Positions 9,163 through 19,067 of a stretch of DNA of 50,720 nucleotides are shown here, in pieces. How positions within the stretch are numbered: position 1 is the stretch's first letter; each line of letters opens with the position of its first letter. Source of the DNA: Candidatus Nanoanaerosalina halalkaliphila (GTDB lineage Archaea > Nanohalarchaeota > Nanosalinia > Nanosalinales > Nanoanaerosalinaceae). The notes below the pieces were generated by a model that was given only the letters and a program-made list of their open reading frames with translations, made no database searches and was not told where the DNA came from. A program made the position numbers and the translations under genes. The DNA lies in the NCBI GenBank assembly GCA_022729335.1, contig JALDAE010000002.1, forward strand, positions 1-50,720, read 5' to 3'.

Positions 9163-9285
9163 CCCTAAACACCTCTTTGTTACCCAACTTTTAATTCAGT
9201 AACCTCGGATAAAAATCCGTCAGTACAGATCTGGTTTATCAGAAGTCACGGCAAATACACGGAAAAGAAAAACCATTTACGGTTT

Positions 9286-9825
9286 TTACCCCTCTGACTC
9301 TACCTCCTCGTCGAAATAGTTGAGGAACTCCTCCTCGCTGACACCTGTATCTTTTTTGAAATCTTCGAGAGAATCAAGTTCGAAGTAATCGAAGAACTCG
9401 TCCGTGACATCCAGTACTTTTGTTCTTCCCTCCTTGGAAGAGCTGATAAGCCCTCTTTCCTCCAGGTCTTTTATCTGATTATAGGCCCTGTTACCCCTGA
9501 CATCCACTATCTTGGACTGTTTCACGGGGGCGTTGTATGCTATTATGGAGAGAGTTCGCAGCTTTGCCTCCGATATGTCCTGGTGAGGTGCGTACTCCTT
9601 CACCCTGTCTATGTACCTCTCCTTGACCTGTAGCATGTAACCGTTCTTGGTTTCTATGAGCTCCAGACCTCTATTATCCTCTTCTAGATCATCTTCATAG
9701 CTCTCTATAAGAGTCTGTACGAAACCCTTGGAACCTATGTTCATCAGGTCGGCTATCTGCTCGTTGCTAAGTGGTTCCTCCGACACGAAAAGCGCTGCCT
9801 CAAGTACTCCTTTTTTCTCTTCCAT
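9286..9825 (-). CDS. scpB: Segregation and condensation protein B
   Basis: LEAALFVSEEPLSNEQIADLM and winged-helix repeats typical of ScpB. Directly downstream of scpA. The track start is TTG at 9831; ATG at 9825 is preferred. Confidence 0.8.
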   Translation of the reverse strand: MEEKKGVLEAALFVSEEPLSNEQIADLMNIGSKGFVQTLIESYEDDLEEDNRGLELIETKNGYMLQVKERYIDRVKEYAPHQDISEAKLRTLSIIAYNAPVKQSKIVDVRGNRAYNQIKDLEERGLISSSKEGRTKVLDVTDEFFDYFELDSLEDFKKDTGVSEEEFLNYFDEEVESEG

Positions 9826-9835
9826 TTTCAAACCC

Positions 9836-10573
9836 TCAGTTGTTCTCCAGCGGAGATATCTTTATATCCCCGAAGAACTCCTCCTGTTTACACATTATCT
9901 TTTCGTCTGTTTCAAGGTGGAGTATGTGGCTGAATTTCTCCAGTTTCTCCTCCTTGTTCCTCTCCTCCAATATCTTTTCGAAATGTATTGTCTCTCCTTC
10001 AGCTTCGAAAAAGTCCTCAAGCCTGTTCATCAGTTCATCGAGCTTGTCAGAGATATCGCGAGAGTCCAGGTCTATAAACTCCTCCTGGTTCTTGAAACGT
10101 TCCTCCCTTCTTTTCTTCCTTTTTTTCTGTATCTCAAGAGCTTTGTCCAGAGCTTCCTTCAGTTCATCGACGCTAACCCTTCTTACAGGTCTTTTCTTTA
10201 TCTTGGGCCTGACGTTTTCTTCCGGAACCTCTATACTCTCCTCTTCCTCAACAAAATCCTGTTCAAACTCTTCAAACTCTTCGTGATCTTCAAAATCATC
10301 CGGCTGTTCTTCCTGGTTCGTATCCGACATCATATCAGTCTTCATCCTTAGAAGAAAAGCGCATATAAACATCATCCTGGCAGGAATCTCAAGGTTAAGT
10401 CTTTCAAGCCGTTCAAGGTATTTTCTGAACCTTTCGGCTATCTTGACTATGTCAACTGCCCAGGGATCCATGTCCTGGGAGAACCTGTCAACTATCTGCC
10501 TCCAGTTCTTGGAATGTAACTTCTCAAAGCTGAAGCTATCAAGTTCTAGCTCTTCCGGGGGCTCACCAACCAT
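9836..10573 (-). CDS. scpA: Segregation and condensation protein A (kleisin)
   Basis: About 245 aa with the characteristic N-terminal helical segment (DPWAVDIVKIAERFRKYLERLERLNLEIPARMMFICAFLLRMK). Positioned between smc and scpB. The track start is TTG at 10579; ATG is at 10573. Confidence 0.7.
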   Translation of the reverse strand: MVGEPPEELELDSFSFEKLHSKNWRQIVDRFSQDMDPWAVDIVKIAERFRKYLERLERLNLEIPARMMFICAFLLRMKTDMMSDTNQEEQPDDFEDHEEFEEFEQDFVEEEESIEVPEENVRPKIKKRPVRRVSVDELKEALDKALEIQKKRKKRREERFKNQEEFIDLDSRDISDKLDELMNRLEDFFEAEGETIHFEKILEERNKEEKLEKFSHILHLETDEKIMCKQEEFFGDIKISPLENN

Positions 10574-10656
10574 ATTCAATTGATTGTTTACGCAGGTCTA
10601 TAAACATTTGCCATCCTAAAATCTTCTCCGGACCCGGAAAAAGAAAGAAAAAGTTT

Positions 10657-11421
10657 CTATGGTATCTTCTCCCTAAAACCTTTCAGTTCTTCAAGTGCGT
10701 TCTCCATCAGACCTGTTTCCTCGAGTATGTCGGAGTGTTTTTCGATAAATCTTTCAAGGTTTTCCGCAAGCTCTTCAGCCGCCGCTCTACTAGAAACACT
10801 TTCTTCATGCATGAAATACTTGACAAGCACTTCATCAACAAAAACAGGTTCTCCAAACTTTTCTATAGTCCTTACCCACATGTCAGAGTCCTCCCATATA
10901 TCCAGGTTTTCGTCGAAAAATCCGATCTCGTCAAAAACTTCTCTTGAGAAGACAGCTGTGGACGGAGGAACTGTGTGCCCCTTTAGAACTGATTTTTTCA
11001 TGGTCATACCCTGGAAAAACGGTTTCCCTATCTTCTTCTTTTTCTCCTTGAGAAAAACCTTCTGAAACTTGGATACAGCCATCTGCCCATCTTGAATATC
11101 AAGCGCCATGATCTTCTCCTCCAGGTTTTCGGGGAACCAAACATCATCAGAATCAATAAAAGCTATGTAATCGCCGGATGATTTTTCTATACCCTTGTTC
11201 CTGGCCTCGGAAACCCCGGTTCCGTGCACCAGATACTCGACTCTTTCATCATCGAAGCTTTTCACGGCCTCTTCTGTATTATCCTCTGTTCTTTCGTCAT
11301 CAACCACCAGAACCTCCAAATTTTGGTATGTCTGGTTAAGGACGGATGCAAGAGAACGATATATCTCTTTTTCCCGGTTGTACGTCGGCAAAACAACGGA
11401 AACAAGTTTTTCAGAGTTCAA
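10657..11421 (-). CDS. Glycosyltransferase family 2
   Basis: VSVVLPTYNREKEIYRSLASVLNQTYQNLEVLVVDD plus a DSDD (DxD) motif. TTG start overlaps the last codons of smc by 11 nt (ATTGAACTCTGA). Confidence 0.8.
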   Translation of the reverse strand: MNSEKLVSVVLPTYNREKEIYRSLASVLNQTYQNLEVLVVDDERTEDNTEEAVKSFDDERVEYLVHGTGVSEARNKGIEKSSGDYIAFIDSDDVWFPENLEEKIMALDIQDGQMAVSKFQKVFLKEKKKKIGKPFFQGMTMKKSVLKGHTVPPSTAVFSREVFDEIGFFDENLDIWEDSDMWVRTIEKFGEPVFVDEVLVKYFMHEESVSSRAAAEELAENLERFIEKHSDILEETGLMENALEELKGFREKIP

Positions 11422-13915
11422 TGCTCCTCACCTTGGAGACGCCTTCCTGTATGCTTACTCCGTAGGCTCTGTCCGCATGCCTTACGGTTTGCTCGTTGTG
11501 AGAAACCATTATGACTTGAGAGTGTTGAGAATATTCTCTGATAAGTTTTGAAAGTATCTTGGAGTTTTTCTTGTCAAGAGCAGCATCTATCTCATCCATC
11601 AGGTAGAAAGGTGATGGGTCGTACTCCTGTATCGCGAATATGAAAGATATCGCCGTGAAGGTTTTTTCCCCTCCGGAAAGAGAATCGATCGTGTTGGGAT
11701 CCTTGTCAGGCGGTCTGGCCTTTAGCAAAAGACCTGAATCAATGTTCCCCTCTTCCTCGAGTTCAAGGTATGCATCTCCTCCTTCAAAAAGAGTCTGGAA
11801 TATCTCCCCGAACTTATCGGAAACTTTTTCCATGGTGTTCATGAATTTTTCTTCTTTTTTCGCCTCTATCTCCGCTATCATCTCTTCGATCTCTTCTTTC
11901 TCGTTTTTAATGCTGTTGAACTTTTCCTTGAACTCGTCGTACTCCTCTTTAAAATTGTGGTATTCCTCTATAGCTTTCATGTTGACGTTTCCAAGTCTGT
12001 TTATCTTCCTTACAACGTTTGATTTTTTCCTTTTAAGCTCGTCTACGCTTCCCTCCACCCTTTCAAGCTCCTCTCCCTCATAGGCTTCGAGTTCATCGCT
12101 TATGTTTTCAAGCTCTCCCTCGAATCTTGCCCTCTTCTTTCTTACATCGCCTATCTTTCTCTTGAGACGATTTATCTCTTCAGCAAGCTCCTTGCGTTCC
12201 TCTCTCTTTTCTTTCATCTCCTGTTTTATCTCTTTTTTCTCCTGCTTCAGTTCATCGGATACCTGGCTCTTCTCCTCTTCCTCTTCCCTTTTATCTTCGA
12301 GAAGCTTGTTCAAATTACCTATTTCTTTTTTAAGCTCGCTTATCTCTTCCTCAAGTTTTTCTTTCTCTTTCTTCTTTTTCTCGGGGTTTAAAGAGCTCTT
12401 GGATTTTCTTTTGGATCTTTTTCTCCTTTTTCTTCCTCCGGTCATCGACCCTCCTTTTCTCATTATGTCTCCATCTAGAGATACGGCTCTCACGCGTCCT
12501 GCGTTGGACAGGCTCTTCAGATTTTCGCATACAAGCGTGTCCCCAAGCACATAGCTCATCACTTTCTCGTATTTCTGATCGTAGTCCACAAGGTTGAGAG
12601 CGAAGTCTATGACACCCGCCATCTTGACAGCTCTCTTGGAAGAAGACGATCTGTTCCTAGAAGATATCTTGTCCATCGGCAGGAACGTGGCTCTCCCAAC
12701 ATTGTTCTTTTTCAGGAAGTTTATGCACCTGTTCGCTACATCCCTGGAATCTACAACCACGTTATCGTACTTTCCTCCCATAGCGGTCTCTATACCTACT
12801 GCGAACCTTTCCTCGTAATGAATAAGCTGTCCAACCGTTCCGTGTACACCGTCAAATCCCTGTTCCAGGACTTTTTTTACGGCTCTGTTGCTTCCGGAAT
12901 AATCCGAAATCTTCTCGTATTCCTCCAGAAGACTATCAATATTATTTATTTTATCTCTCTTGTTTTCTATCTTGTCTTTCTTCCTCTCTATTTTTCCCTT
13001 GAGTCTTTCGATCTCTGTGACAATATTAGAATCTTTTTCAGACTCTATGCTTTCCTCTATTTCTTCTTTCTTTATCTCGAGCTCTTCGAGCTCCTCGTCT
13101 ATACTTTCCAGCTCTTCCTCTTTTTGACTTATCTCCTCTTCCTTGTCGGATTCTCCAAGCGCCTCCATCTGGTTCTTCAGGGCATCCTCCCTCGCCCTGA
13201 GGATCGAATATTTTATCCTTCGTTTCTCATCCTGAAGCTTCTGAAGTTTTTCTGCAGCTTCTTTCTGCTCCCTCAAGTTTTCCAGCCGGTCTTTTTTCAT
13301 TTCCTTCTTTATTTCAAACCTTTCAAGCCTGTTTTCCACTTCTTCAAGCTCTTCCAGGCTTTTTTCTTTTTTGTCCTCGTACGAAGAAATCCCTGAAATC
13401 CTGTCAACAATTTCTCTTCTTTCAACAGGGGTTCTCTCAACTATCTCGGTGACCTGCCCCTGCCTGACAAAATGATAACCTGAATCACTAACCCCTGCAA
13501 CTTCAAGGACCTTGTCTATCTTTGACCTCTTGCAGTTGTTTCCCTGAAACCTGTAGGTCGAGTACCCGTTTCTCTTGATCTTTCTTCCTATCACGACCGT
13601 GTCGGAGTCCTCTTCCAGTAATTCGTCGAAGGTTCCATCGGAGTTATCCAGGTAAAGTTTGACCACCGCTTCTTCGGCGGGCTTCCTGTCCTCGCCTCCG
13701 TTGAAAATAAGCTGTGGTAATTTCTCGGCTCTTAGTTGGGACGACCTTGTTCCCATCACAAATCTCATGGCGTCCATGATATTGGATTTGCCGCTTCCGT
13801 TGCTTCCCACGATAGCCGTGAGTCCGGGGAAAAAAGGTATGGCTGTCTGTCTCTGAAAGCTCTTGAACCCTTTGAGGTAAAGCTTCTGTATCATCGAGTT
13901 GTTTTCTTCAGCCAT
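11411..13915 (-). CDS. smc: SMC chromosome segregation ATPase with shortened coiled-coil arms
   Basis: Walker A GSNGSGKSN. Hinge GVHGTVGQLIHYEERFAVGIETAMGGKYDNVVVD...GRATFLPMDKI. Signature motif and Walker B LSGGEKTFTAISFIFAIQEYDPSPFYLMDEIDAALD. Only 834 aa, and scpA/scpB lie downstream. Confidence 0.9.
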   Translation of the reverse strand: MAEENNSMIQKLYLKGFKSFQRQTAIPFFPGLTAIVGSNGSGKSNIMDAMRFVMGTRSSQLRAEKLPQLIFNGGEDRKPAEEAVVKLYLDNSDGTFDELLEEDSDTVVIGRKIKRNGYSTYRFQGNNCKRSKIDKVLEVAGVSDSGYHFVRQGQVTEIVERTPVERREIVDRISGISSYEDKKEKSLEELEEVENRLERFEIKKEMKKDRLENLREQKEAAEKLQKLQDEKRRIKYSILRAREDALKNQMEALGESDKEEEISQKEEELESIDEELEELEIKKEEIEESIESEKDSNIVTEIERLKGKIERKKDKIENKRDKINNIDSLLEEYEKISDYSGSNRAVKKVLEQGFDGVHGTVGQLIHYEERFAVGIETAMGGKYDNVVVDSRDVANRCINFLKKNNVGRATFLPMDKISSRNRSSSSKRAVKMAGVIDFALNLVDYDQKYEKVMSYVLGDTLVCENLKSLSNAGRVRAVSLDGDIMRKGGSMTGGRKRRKRSKRKSKSSLNPEKKKKEKEKLEEEISELKKEIGNLNKLLEDKREEEEEKSQVSDELKQEKKEIKQEMKEKREERKELAEEINRLKRKIGDVRKKRARFEGELENISDELEAYEGEELERVEGSVDELKRKKSNVVRKINRLGNVNMKAIEEYHNFKEEYDEFKEKFNSIKNEKEEIEEMIAEIEAKKEEKFMNTMEKVSDKFGEIFQTLFEGGDAYLELEEEGNIDSGLLLKARPPDKDPNTIDSLSGGEKTFTAISFIFAIQEYDPSPFYLMDEIDAALDKKNSKILSKLIREYSQHSQVIMVSHNEQTVRHADRAYGVSIQEGVSKVRSIEL

Positions 13916-13945
13916 GAGTCCTTTCCTCTAAAATAAAAAAAGAGA

Positions 13946-15250
13946 TCAAGGTGTTAGCCTTGACGGATCTCTTGGGAATAGTATTCCCTCCTTGATGTTG
14001 TCAAGCTCCAGAAGTTTTGTGACAAGCCTGTCAAGTCCCATTCCGAAACCTCCGTGTGGAGGCATTCCGAACTTGAACGCTTCAAGATAGAAAGAAAAGT
14101 TTGACTTGTCTACTCCTTCTTCATCCATTGCATCAAGTATGACGTCAAGTCTGTGCTCTCTCTGTCCTCCTGAAGAAAGTTCCTGGCCCCTGAAAATCAG
14201 GTCGAACTTTCTGGATGCCATCTCGTCTTCTTCCCTGTCCTGCATGTAGTAGAATTTTTCGCCAGGATAACCTACAACGAAAAAGAACTCGTGGCCTTTC
14301 TCTTCAAAGTACTCTCCAAGAAGCTTCTCTCCCTTTGTATCAAGGTCTCCTTCTTCATCTGGCTGGTAGTCGAACTCCTCGTCAAGTATCTCTATTGCTC
14401 TGTCAAAAGTTATCCTCGGGAAGTCTTCCTCGGGCACTTCAAGATCCACGTCCATAACCTCTAGCTCTCTGGAAGCGTGTTCGTTCAGGTACTCGATAAG
14501 GTGTTTCAGACCTCCTTCAAGAGCGTCCATGACATCGTTGTGATCGTCTATGAAAGATAGCTCCACGTCCCACTGTGTAAACTCTGAAACATGTCTCGAT
14601 GTTCCGAAGTTCTCGGCTCTAAACGAAGGACCTATCTCGTAGACCCTGTCAAAGCCTGCGGCCATCAACATCTGCTTGTAAAGCTGAGGGGACTGCCTTA
14701 GAAAAGCTTCTTCTTGATAGTATATAACCGGGAAAAGTGTTGCTCCTCCCTCTGCACCTCCCTTTGAAATAATAGGAGTATGTATCTCGATATATCCCTC
14801 ATCGTCGTAGTACTCCCTCAAACCGGTCACCACCTTGTCCCTGAAGGAGAAGATATCGAAAACGTGTTTTTTCCGCAGATCCATAAACCTCTTGTCAAGT
14901 CTTGTCGATAGATCCGAATCAACAGATCCCGTGACCTCAAGAGGTAGAGGAGATTCTGCCTGTCCTATAATATCCATTCTTTCTGGTTTTATCTCTCTTC
15001 CGCCCGGAGCCTGATCGTTTTCTTCGACATTTCCAACTATCTCGACAACGTCCTCGTTTCCCAGGCTTTTTCCGTTTTCGAAAAGCTGTTCGTTGAGTTC
15101 ATCCTTCTTGAAGGTTACCTGAACTTCGCCTTCCCTATCTCTTACAACTACAAATACAAGTTTACCGATGTCTCTTATCTCATGAACCCATCCAGCTATC
15201 TTTACCTTGTCGTCATCTGGTTTCACATCTATGCTGTACTTTCTATCCAT
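13946..15250 (-). CDS. aspS: Aspartyl-tRNA synthetase, archaeal type
   Basis: N-terminal OB fold (VKIAGWVHEIRDIGKLVFVVVRD). Class II motifs FRAENFGTSRHVSEFTQWDVE and GMPPHGGFGMGLDRLV. Confidence 0.9.
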   Translation of the reverse strand: MDRKYSIDVKPDDDKVKIAGWVHEIRDIGKLVFVVVRDREGEVQVTFKKDELNEQLFENGKSLGNEDVVEIVGNVEENDQAPGGREIKPERMDIIGQAESPLPLEVTGSVDSDLSTRLDKRFMDLRKKHVFDIFSFRDKVVTGLREYYDDEGYIEIHTPIISKGGAEGGATLFPVIYYQEEAFLRQSPQLYKQMLMAAGFDRVYEIGPSFRAENFGTSRHVSEFTQWDVELSFIDDHNDVMDALEGGLKHLIEYLNEHASRELEVMDVDLEVPEEDFPRITFDRAIEILDEEFDYQPDEEGDLDTKGEKLLGEYFEEKGHEFFFVVGYPGEKFYYMQDREEDEMASRKFDLIFRGQELSSGGQREHRLDVILDAMDEEGVDKSNFSFYLEAFKFGMPPHGGFGMGLDRLVTKLLELDNIKEGILFPRDPSRLTP

Positions 15251-15327
15251 TTATAACAACCTATTTAACCCAATCCGTGCCTATATTTAAATGGTTTTCT
15301 TCGACTAAAAAAATGTTGCCAAGGATT

Positions 15328-15996
15328 TCAGAAATCACCTATACTGGACTGTTTTTTCTGCTGAACAATCTTCTTAGCGGTGCTCCAGGACATCCTTGTC
15401 TCCTCGGGCATCTCCCCGTTTTTGCTGTAATAATCCTCAAGAAAATTTATGGTGGGTTTGTCATGCGGGTATCCGGATCTGAAGTCCCGTCCATATTTTT
15501 TCTTAAGTTCTTCAACATGATTTTCCCTTGCGTTCTTAGCTACTATAGACGCTGCAGAAACTATAGGATAGTTTTCATCAGCAGAATGCTCGGCAACTAT
15601 CTCTAAATCCTTGAAGTTATCGGGTAGCTCTTCAATTATCTTTCTGCCAAATCTTTCTCCATCGGGCTCCGGGAGGTCGACTATCGCGCGATCCGCCTCC
15701 AATTTTTTTATTACTCTAGAGAAACCTCTGAGCTCTATAACGTTGAGCGACATAATTTTTCTGAGTTCATCGATCTCCGAAGCCGTGAACTCTTCAACAA
15801 CTATTTTTTCGCAGAAATCCTCAACTTTTTTACCTAGTTCTCTTCGTTTACTGTCAGAAAGCTTTTTCGAGTCCTTGAAACCCATTGTATCAAGCTTTTC
15901 CATATCTTTCTCGTCCACCAGAACTCCAGCAATAAACATAGACCCGATTACAGGCCCTCGACCTGCTTCATCTATCCCGCATATCTTTTTCCCCAT
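15328..15996 (-). CDS. rnhB: Ribonuclease HII
   Basis: GIDEAGRGPVIGSMFIAGV catalytic motif, plus DSKKLS and SAASIVAK motifs. Confidence 0.9.
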   Translation of the reverse strand: MGKKICGIDEAGRGPVIGSMFIAGVLVDEKDMEKLDTMGFKDSKKLSDSKRRELGKKVEDFCEKIVVEEFTASEIDELRKIMSLNVIELRGFSRVIKKLEADRAIVDLPEPDGERFGRKIIEELPDNFKDLEIVAEHSADENYPIVSAASIVAKNARENHVEELKKKYGRDFRSGYPHDKPTINFLEDYYSKNGEMPEETRMSWSTAKKIVQQKKQSSIGDF

Positions 15997-16058
15997 TCAA
16001 AAGAACCCGAACAAAACTTGTTTTCTCAGGCTTTTCAAGTTAAGGAAAAAAAGAAAAA

Positions 16059-16631
16059 CTAGTCAAGAAACTCTATGTCCCTGTAAAAAATCTTTCTGTT
16101 CTCGAATTCCTCGGGAGACTCTGGTTCGGTGTGGAAAAACGGTTTTAACAGCATATCAGAGTTCTCTCCTCTTACATAGATGCCTTTTTCTCTGCTTCGC
16201 ATCATTTCGTCGTCTCCATACAAAACTTTCTTTGCTGCTCTAACATTGTTTACAAATTCGCCGCTTCTATAAGGCTTCAGGATCTCTCCTTCATCATCCC
16301 ATAAAGATATTTCTACTTCTGCTCCTTTTTCTTCAAGGTACTCTCCAACGGTCTTGGACTGTTTTTTGACCCCGAAAGGTTTTGAGGGGTTGTCGATTTT
16401 CATCTTTCTTATCCTGTCGTATTCTTCATCAGTCAGCAGAACCTTTTCTTTATCTCCAAAAAAACCTTCTTCTTTAAGCTTGTAGTTCCTTACATTGTAA
16501 CCGATTTTTGGCCGAAATCCGTCCATATAAGGCCTTCCCATCGTGCTTCTGTCTTCTTCAAGTTCGTAATCTCCGATTTTTCCTACTGTCTCGTACTCTT
16601 CATCGCTTTTTCCAAGCAGTTTTTCTAGCAA
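16059..16631 (-). CDS. Hypothetical protein
   Basis: 190-aa ORF with no recognised motif. The start is uncertain: TTG at 16631, or ATG 30 codons downstream (MGRPYMDGF). Confidence 0.4.
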   Translation of the reverse strand: MLEKLLGKSDEEYETVGKIGDYELEEDRSTMGRPYMDGFRPKIGYNVRNYKLKEEGFFGDKEKVLLTDEEYDRIRKMKIDNPSKPFGVKKQSKTVGEYLEEKGAEVEISLWDDEGEILKPYRSGEFVNNVRAAKKVLYGDDEMMRSREKGIYVRGENSDMLLKPFFHTEPESPEEFENRKIFYRDIEFLD

Positions 16632-16773
16632 TTAGGACCCTCCACAGCTTTATTGGAGTAACTAATATATAAAAGTTACTACTTTATGATTACAATACCC
16701 GTTACTTATTCTGGCACGAAAACGTTCTATTTTATAAACCCGTTCCCACAATTAATTTATCGGGGGATCTAAA

Positions 16774-17793
16774 ATGACTAACATAGTTATCAACGGAGTC
16801 GGGACTATCGGCAAGAGAGTGGCCGAAGCTGTGAAAAAACAGGAAGACATGACGCTCTACGCCTTATCTGACGTTGCTCCAAATCCTGAGCTAAGAACCG
16901 TAAAGGAAAACTTTCTAAACGATACAAGATTGCTTGCTTCGACGGAATCAGCTGTCGACGACCTTCAGGAAGGAGGTCTTGAAGTCGATGGAGTTCTCGA
17001 GGAACATATTGACGAAATAGATCTAATAGTTGATGCCACCCCATCAGGTATAGATGAAAAGAACAAGGAAAATATCTACGAGCCTAACGATGTGAAGGCT
17101 ATATTCCAGGGCGGTTCCGACAAGAGTATCGCAGATGTATCATTCAACGCTGACGCAAACTACGAAGATGCTCTTGGTGAGGACTACGTGAGAGTTGTTT
17201 CGTGCAACACAACATCACTCTGCAGGACACTTTATGAACTTGATGACAGTTTCGGAGTAAACGAGGCAAACGTGAACCTGGTAAGAAGAGGAGGAGATCC
17301 CAAAGAAGATTCTAGAGGACCCATAAACTCTATTATACCGGTTACTGACGTTCCGTCTCACCACGGACCTGACGTGCAGGAAGTAATGCCGGAAATAGAC
17401 ATTACTACCCTTGCAGTGAAGGTTCCAACAACCCTGGCTCACGTTCACATGGTCACAACAGAGATAGAGGATGATGCAACGGAAGAAGACGTGAAAAGGG
17501 TTTTCGAAAAAAGCACTCGTATAAGCCTTGAATCAGCAGAAGAAGGCTTTTCATCAACAGCAAAGATTACAGAAAAAATGCGGGACATGCACAGAGAAAG
17601 AAACGACATGAACGAAGTAGCTGTGTGGGAGGAAACCATAACAGTCGAGGGCAAAAAAGTCTACTGGATACACATGACCCACCAGGAGTCCATAGTTGTA
17701 CCAGAAACCATAGACGCCATAAGAGCTATGCTCGAAATGGAAGAAGACAAACTCGCATCGATAGGTAAAACAAACGAAGCCCTTGGAATCTAG
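16774..17793 (+). CDS. gap: Glyceraldehyde-3-phosphate dehydrogenase, archaeal type II
   Basis: INGVGTIGKRVAEAV Rossmann motif, catalytic SCNTTSLCR, and archaeal-type length (339 aa). Confidence 0.9.
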   Translation: MTNIVINGVGTIGKRVAEAVKKQEDMTLYALSDVAPNPELRTVKENFLNDTRLLASTESAVDDLQEGGLEVDGVLEEHIDEIDLIVDATPSGIDEKNKENIYEPNDVKAIFQGGSDKSIADVSFNADANYEDALGEDYVRVVSCNTTSLCRTLYELDDSFGVNEANVNLVRRGGDPKEDSRGPINSIIPVTDVPSHHGPDVQEVMPEIDITTLAVKVPTTLAHVHMVTTEIEDDATEEDVKRVFEKSTRISLESAEEGFSSTAKITEKMRDMHRERNDMNEVAVWEETITVEGKKVYWIHMTHQESIVVPETIDAIRAMLEMEEDKLASIGKTNEALGI

Positions 17794-17803
17794 TTGATAA
17801 AAA

Positions 17804-19027
17804 ATGAATGAAAAACCTGTAACACTGTCGTTCGAGGTACATCAGCCCCATAGACTCAGGACAGACGGAGTTAACGAGGAGGCTGACACGCTATATGACC
17901 GTTATTTCGATGACAGGATGAACGAACATTTTTTCAAGGATGTTGCTGAGAACTGCTACTTTCCTGCAACTGACAGGTTGCTGGCTGCAGCAGAACACTT
18001 TCTGGATAAAGACAAACAGTTCAAGGTGAACTTTTCGATCTCCAGTTCGTGGATAGAACAGGCCAGACAGTACCATCCCGAACTTATAGAACTTCTGAAC
18101 AAATTTCCTGACGAAACAATCGATTTCATAGGGCAGAGCCATTACCACTCGCTGGCAGGACTGTTCGATGACAAGACCGAGTTCAGGACTCAGCTAAACA
18201 AGCATAAATCAATAATCAAAGAAGAGTTCGGTGTCGTTCCAGAGGTCATGACAAACACAGAGCTTATCTATCACAACGGTATAGGAAAGATATCCGCAGA
18301 GGAAGGATACAAAGGAATATTTACAGAGGGTGTTCCAAGGATTCTCGAGTGGAGATCCCCCAACCACATCTACACTCAGCCCCACATGGAAGACAGGGGT
18401 AACGCGATACTTTTGAGGAACAGGGAGCTTACAGATGACGTTGGATACAGGTTTTCTGCAGAATGGTGGGACGAATATCCACTTACAGCAGGTAAATACG
18501 CATCATGGCTTTCTGCAGAACCCGGAGAAGTTCTGAACCTGTTCATGGACTATGAAACATTTGGAGAGCACCACTGGAAAGGAACAGGCATACTAAGCTT
18601 CCTTTCTGATCTTCCGCACAAGGTGCTTGCAAGGGAAGATCTCAGGTTCGAGAAAGTCAGAGACGTCACCGATATCGATCCCGTAGGGGAGTTCGACGCC
18701 TTCGAGTTCAACACCGTTTCCTGGGCTGACCAGGAGATGGACGAGACCGCATGGCTCGGAAACCCCGTGCAGAAAAAACTGTTCGAATTCCTTGAGGATC
18801 TTGAAGAAAAGGTGAAGAAAGTTGCGAAGGACAACGAGGAATACCTGGAAGTATGGAGAAAGATGCTTACCTCCGATCATTTGCACCATATAGCTACAAA
18901 GACCTACGACGATCACTCGGTGCACAACTACTTCTCATACTTCGATCATCCGCACCAGGGATTCGCAGTAATTTTCGATCACCTGACCGATTTCAGGCTA
19001 AAAGTGGAGGAAGAGCTTAGAAAGTGA
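17804..19027 (+). CDS. Glycoside hydrolase family 57 (alpha-amylase-like)
   Basis: GH57 region I FEVHQPHR and the acid/base region FMDYETFGEHHW. 10 nt after gap. Confidence 0.8.
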   Translation: MNEKPVTLSFEVHQPHRLRTDGVNEEADTLYDRYFDDRMNEHFFKDVAENCYFPATDRLLAAAEHFLDKDKQFKVNFSISSSWIEQARQYHPELIELLNKFPDETIDFIGQSHYHSLAGLFDDKTEFRTQLNKHKSIIKEEFGVVPEVMTNTELIYHNGIGKISAEEGYKGIFTEGVPRILEWRSPNHIYTQPHMEDRGNAILLRNRELTDDVGYRFSAEWWDEYPLTAGKYASWLSAEPGEVLNLFMDYETFGEHHWKGTGILSFLSDLPHKVLAREDLRFEKVRDVTDIDPVGEFDAFEFNTVSWADQEMDETAWLGNPVQKKLFEFLEDLEEKVKKVAKDNEEYLEVWRKMLTSDHLHHIATKTYDDHSVHNYFSYFDHPHQGFAVIFDHLTDFRLKVEEELRK

Positions 19028-19035
19028 TCCTCCAG

Positions 19036-19057
19036 AAAAAAACTCTTTTTTATTTTT
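19036..19057. terminator. Bidirectional oligo-T/oligo-A tract between convergent genes
   Basis: AAAAAAACTCTTTTTTATTTTT lies between the stop of the GH57 gene (+) and the stop of the GlgA-like gene (-). Oligo-T runs are the usual archaeal termination signal. Confidence 0.4.
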
Positions 19058-19067
19058 CTAGCTAAAG

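Noticed and set aside
9728-10351. 207-aa and 171-aa plus-strand ORFs antisense to scpA/scpB
   Set aside because: Same antisense-of-acidic-gene artefact (poly-Ser/Phe/Leu), with no start context. The sense strand carries ScpA/ScpB motifs.
11640-13396. Several 147-192-aa plus-strand ORFs inside smc
   Set aside because: They are antisense shadows of the Glu/Lys-rich coiled-coil coding sequence, with low-complexity S/F/L composition.
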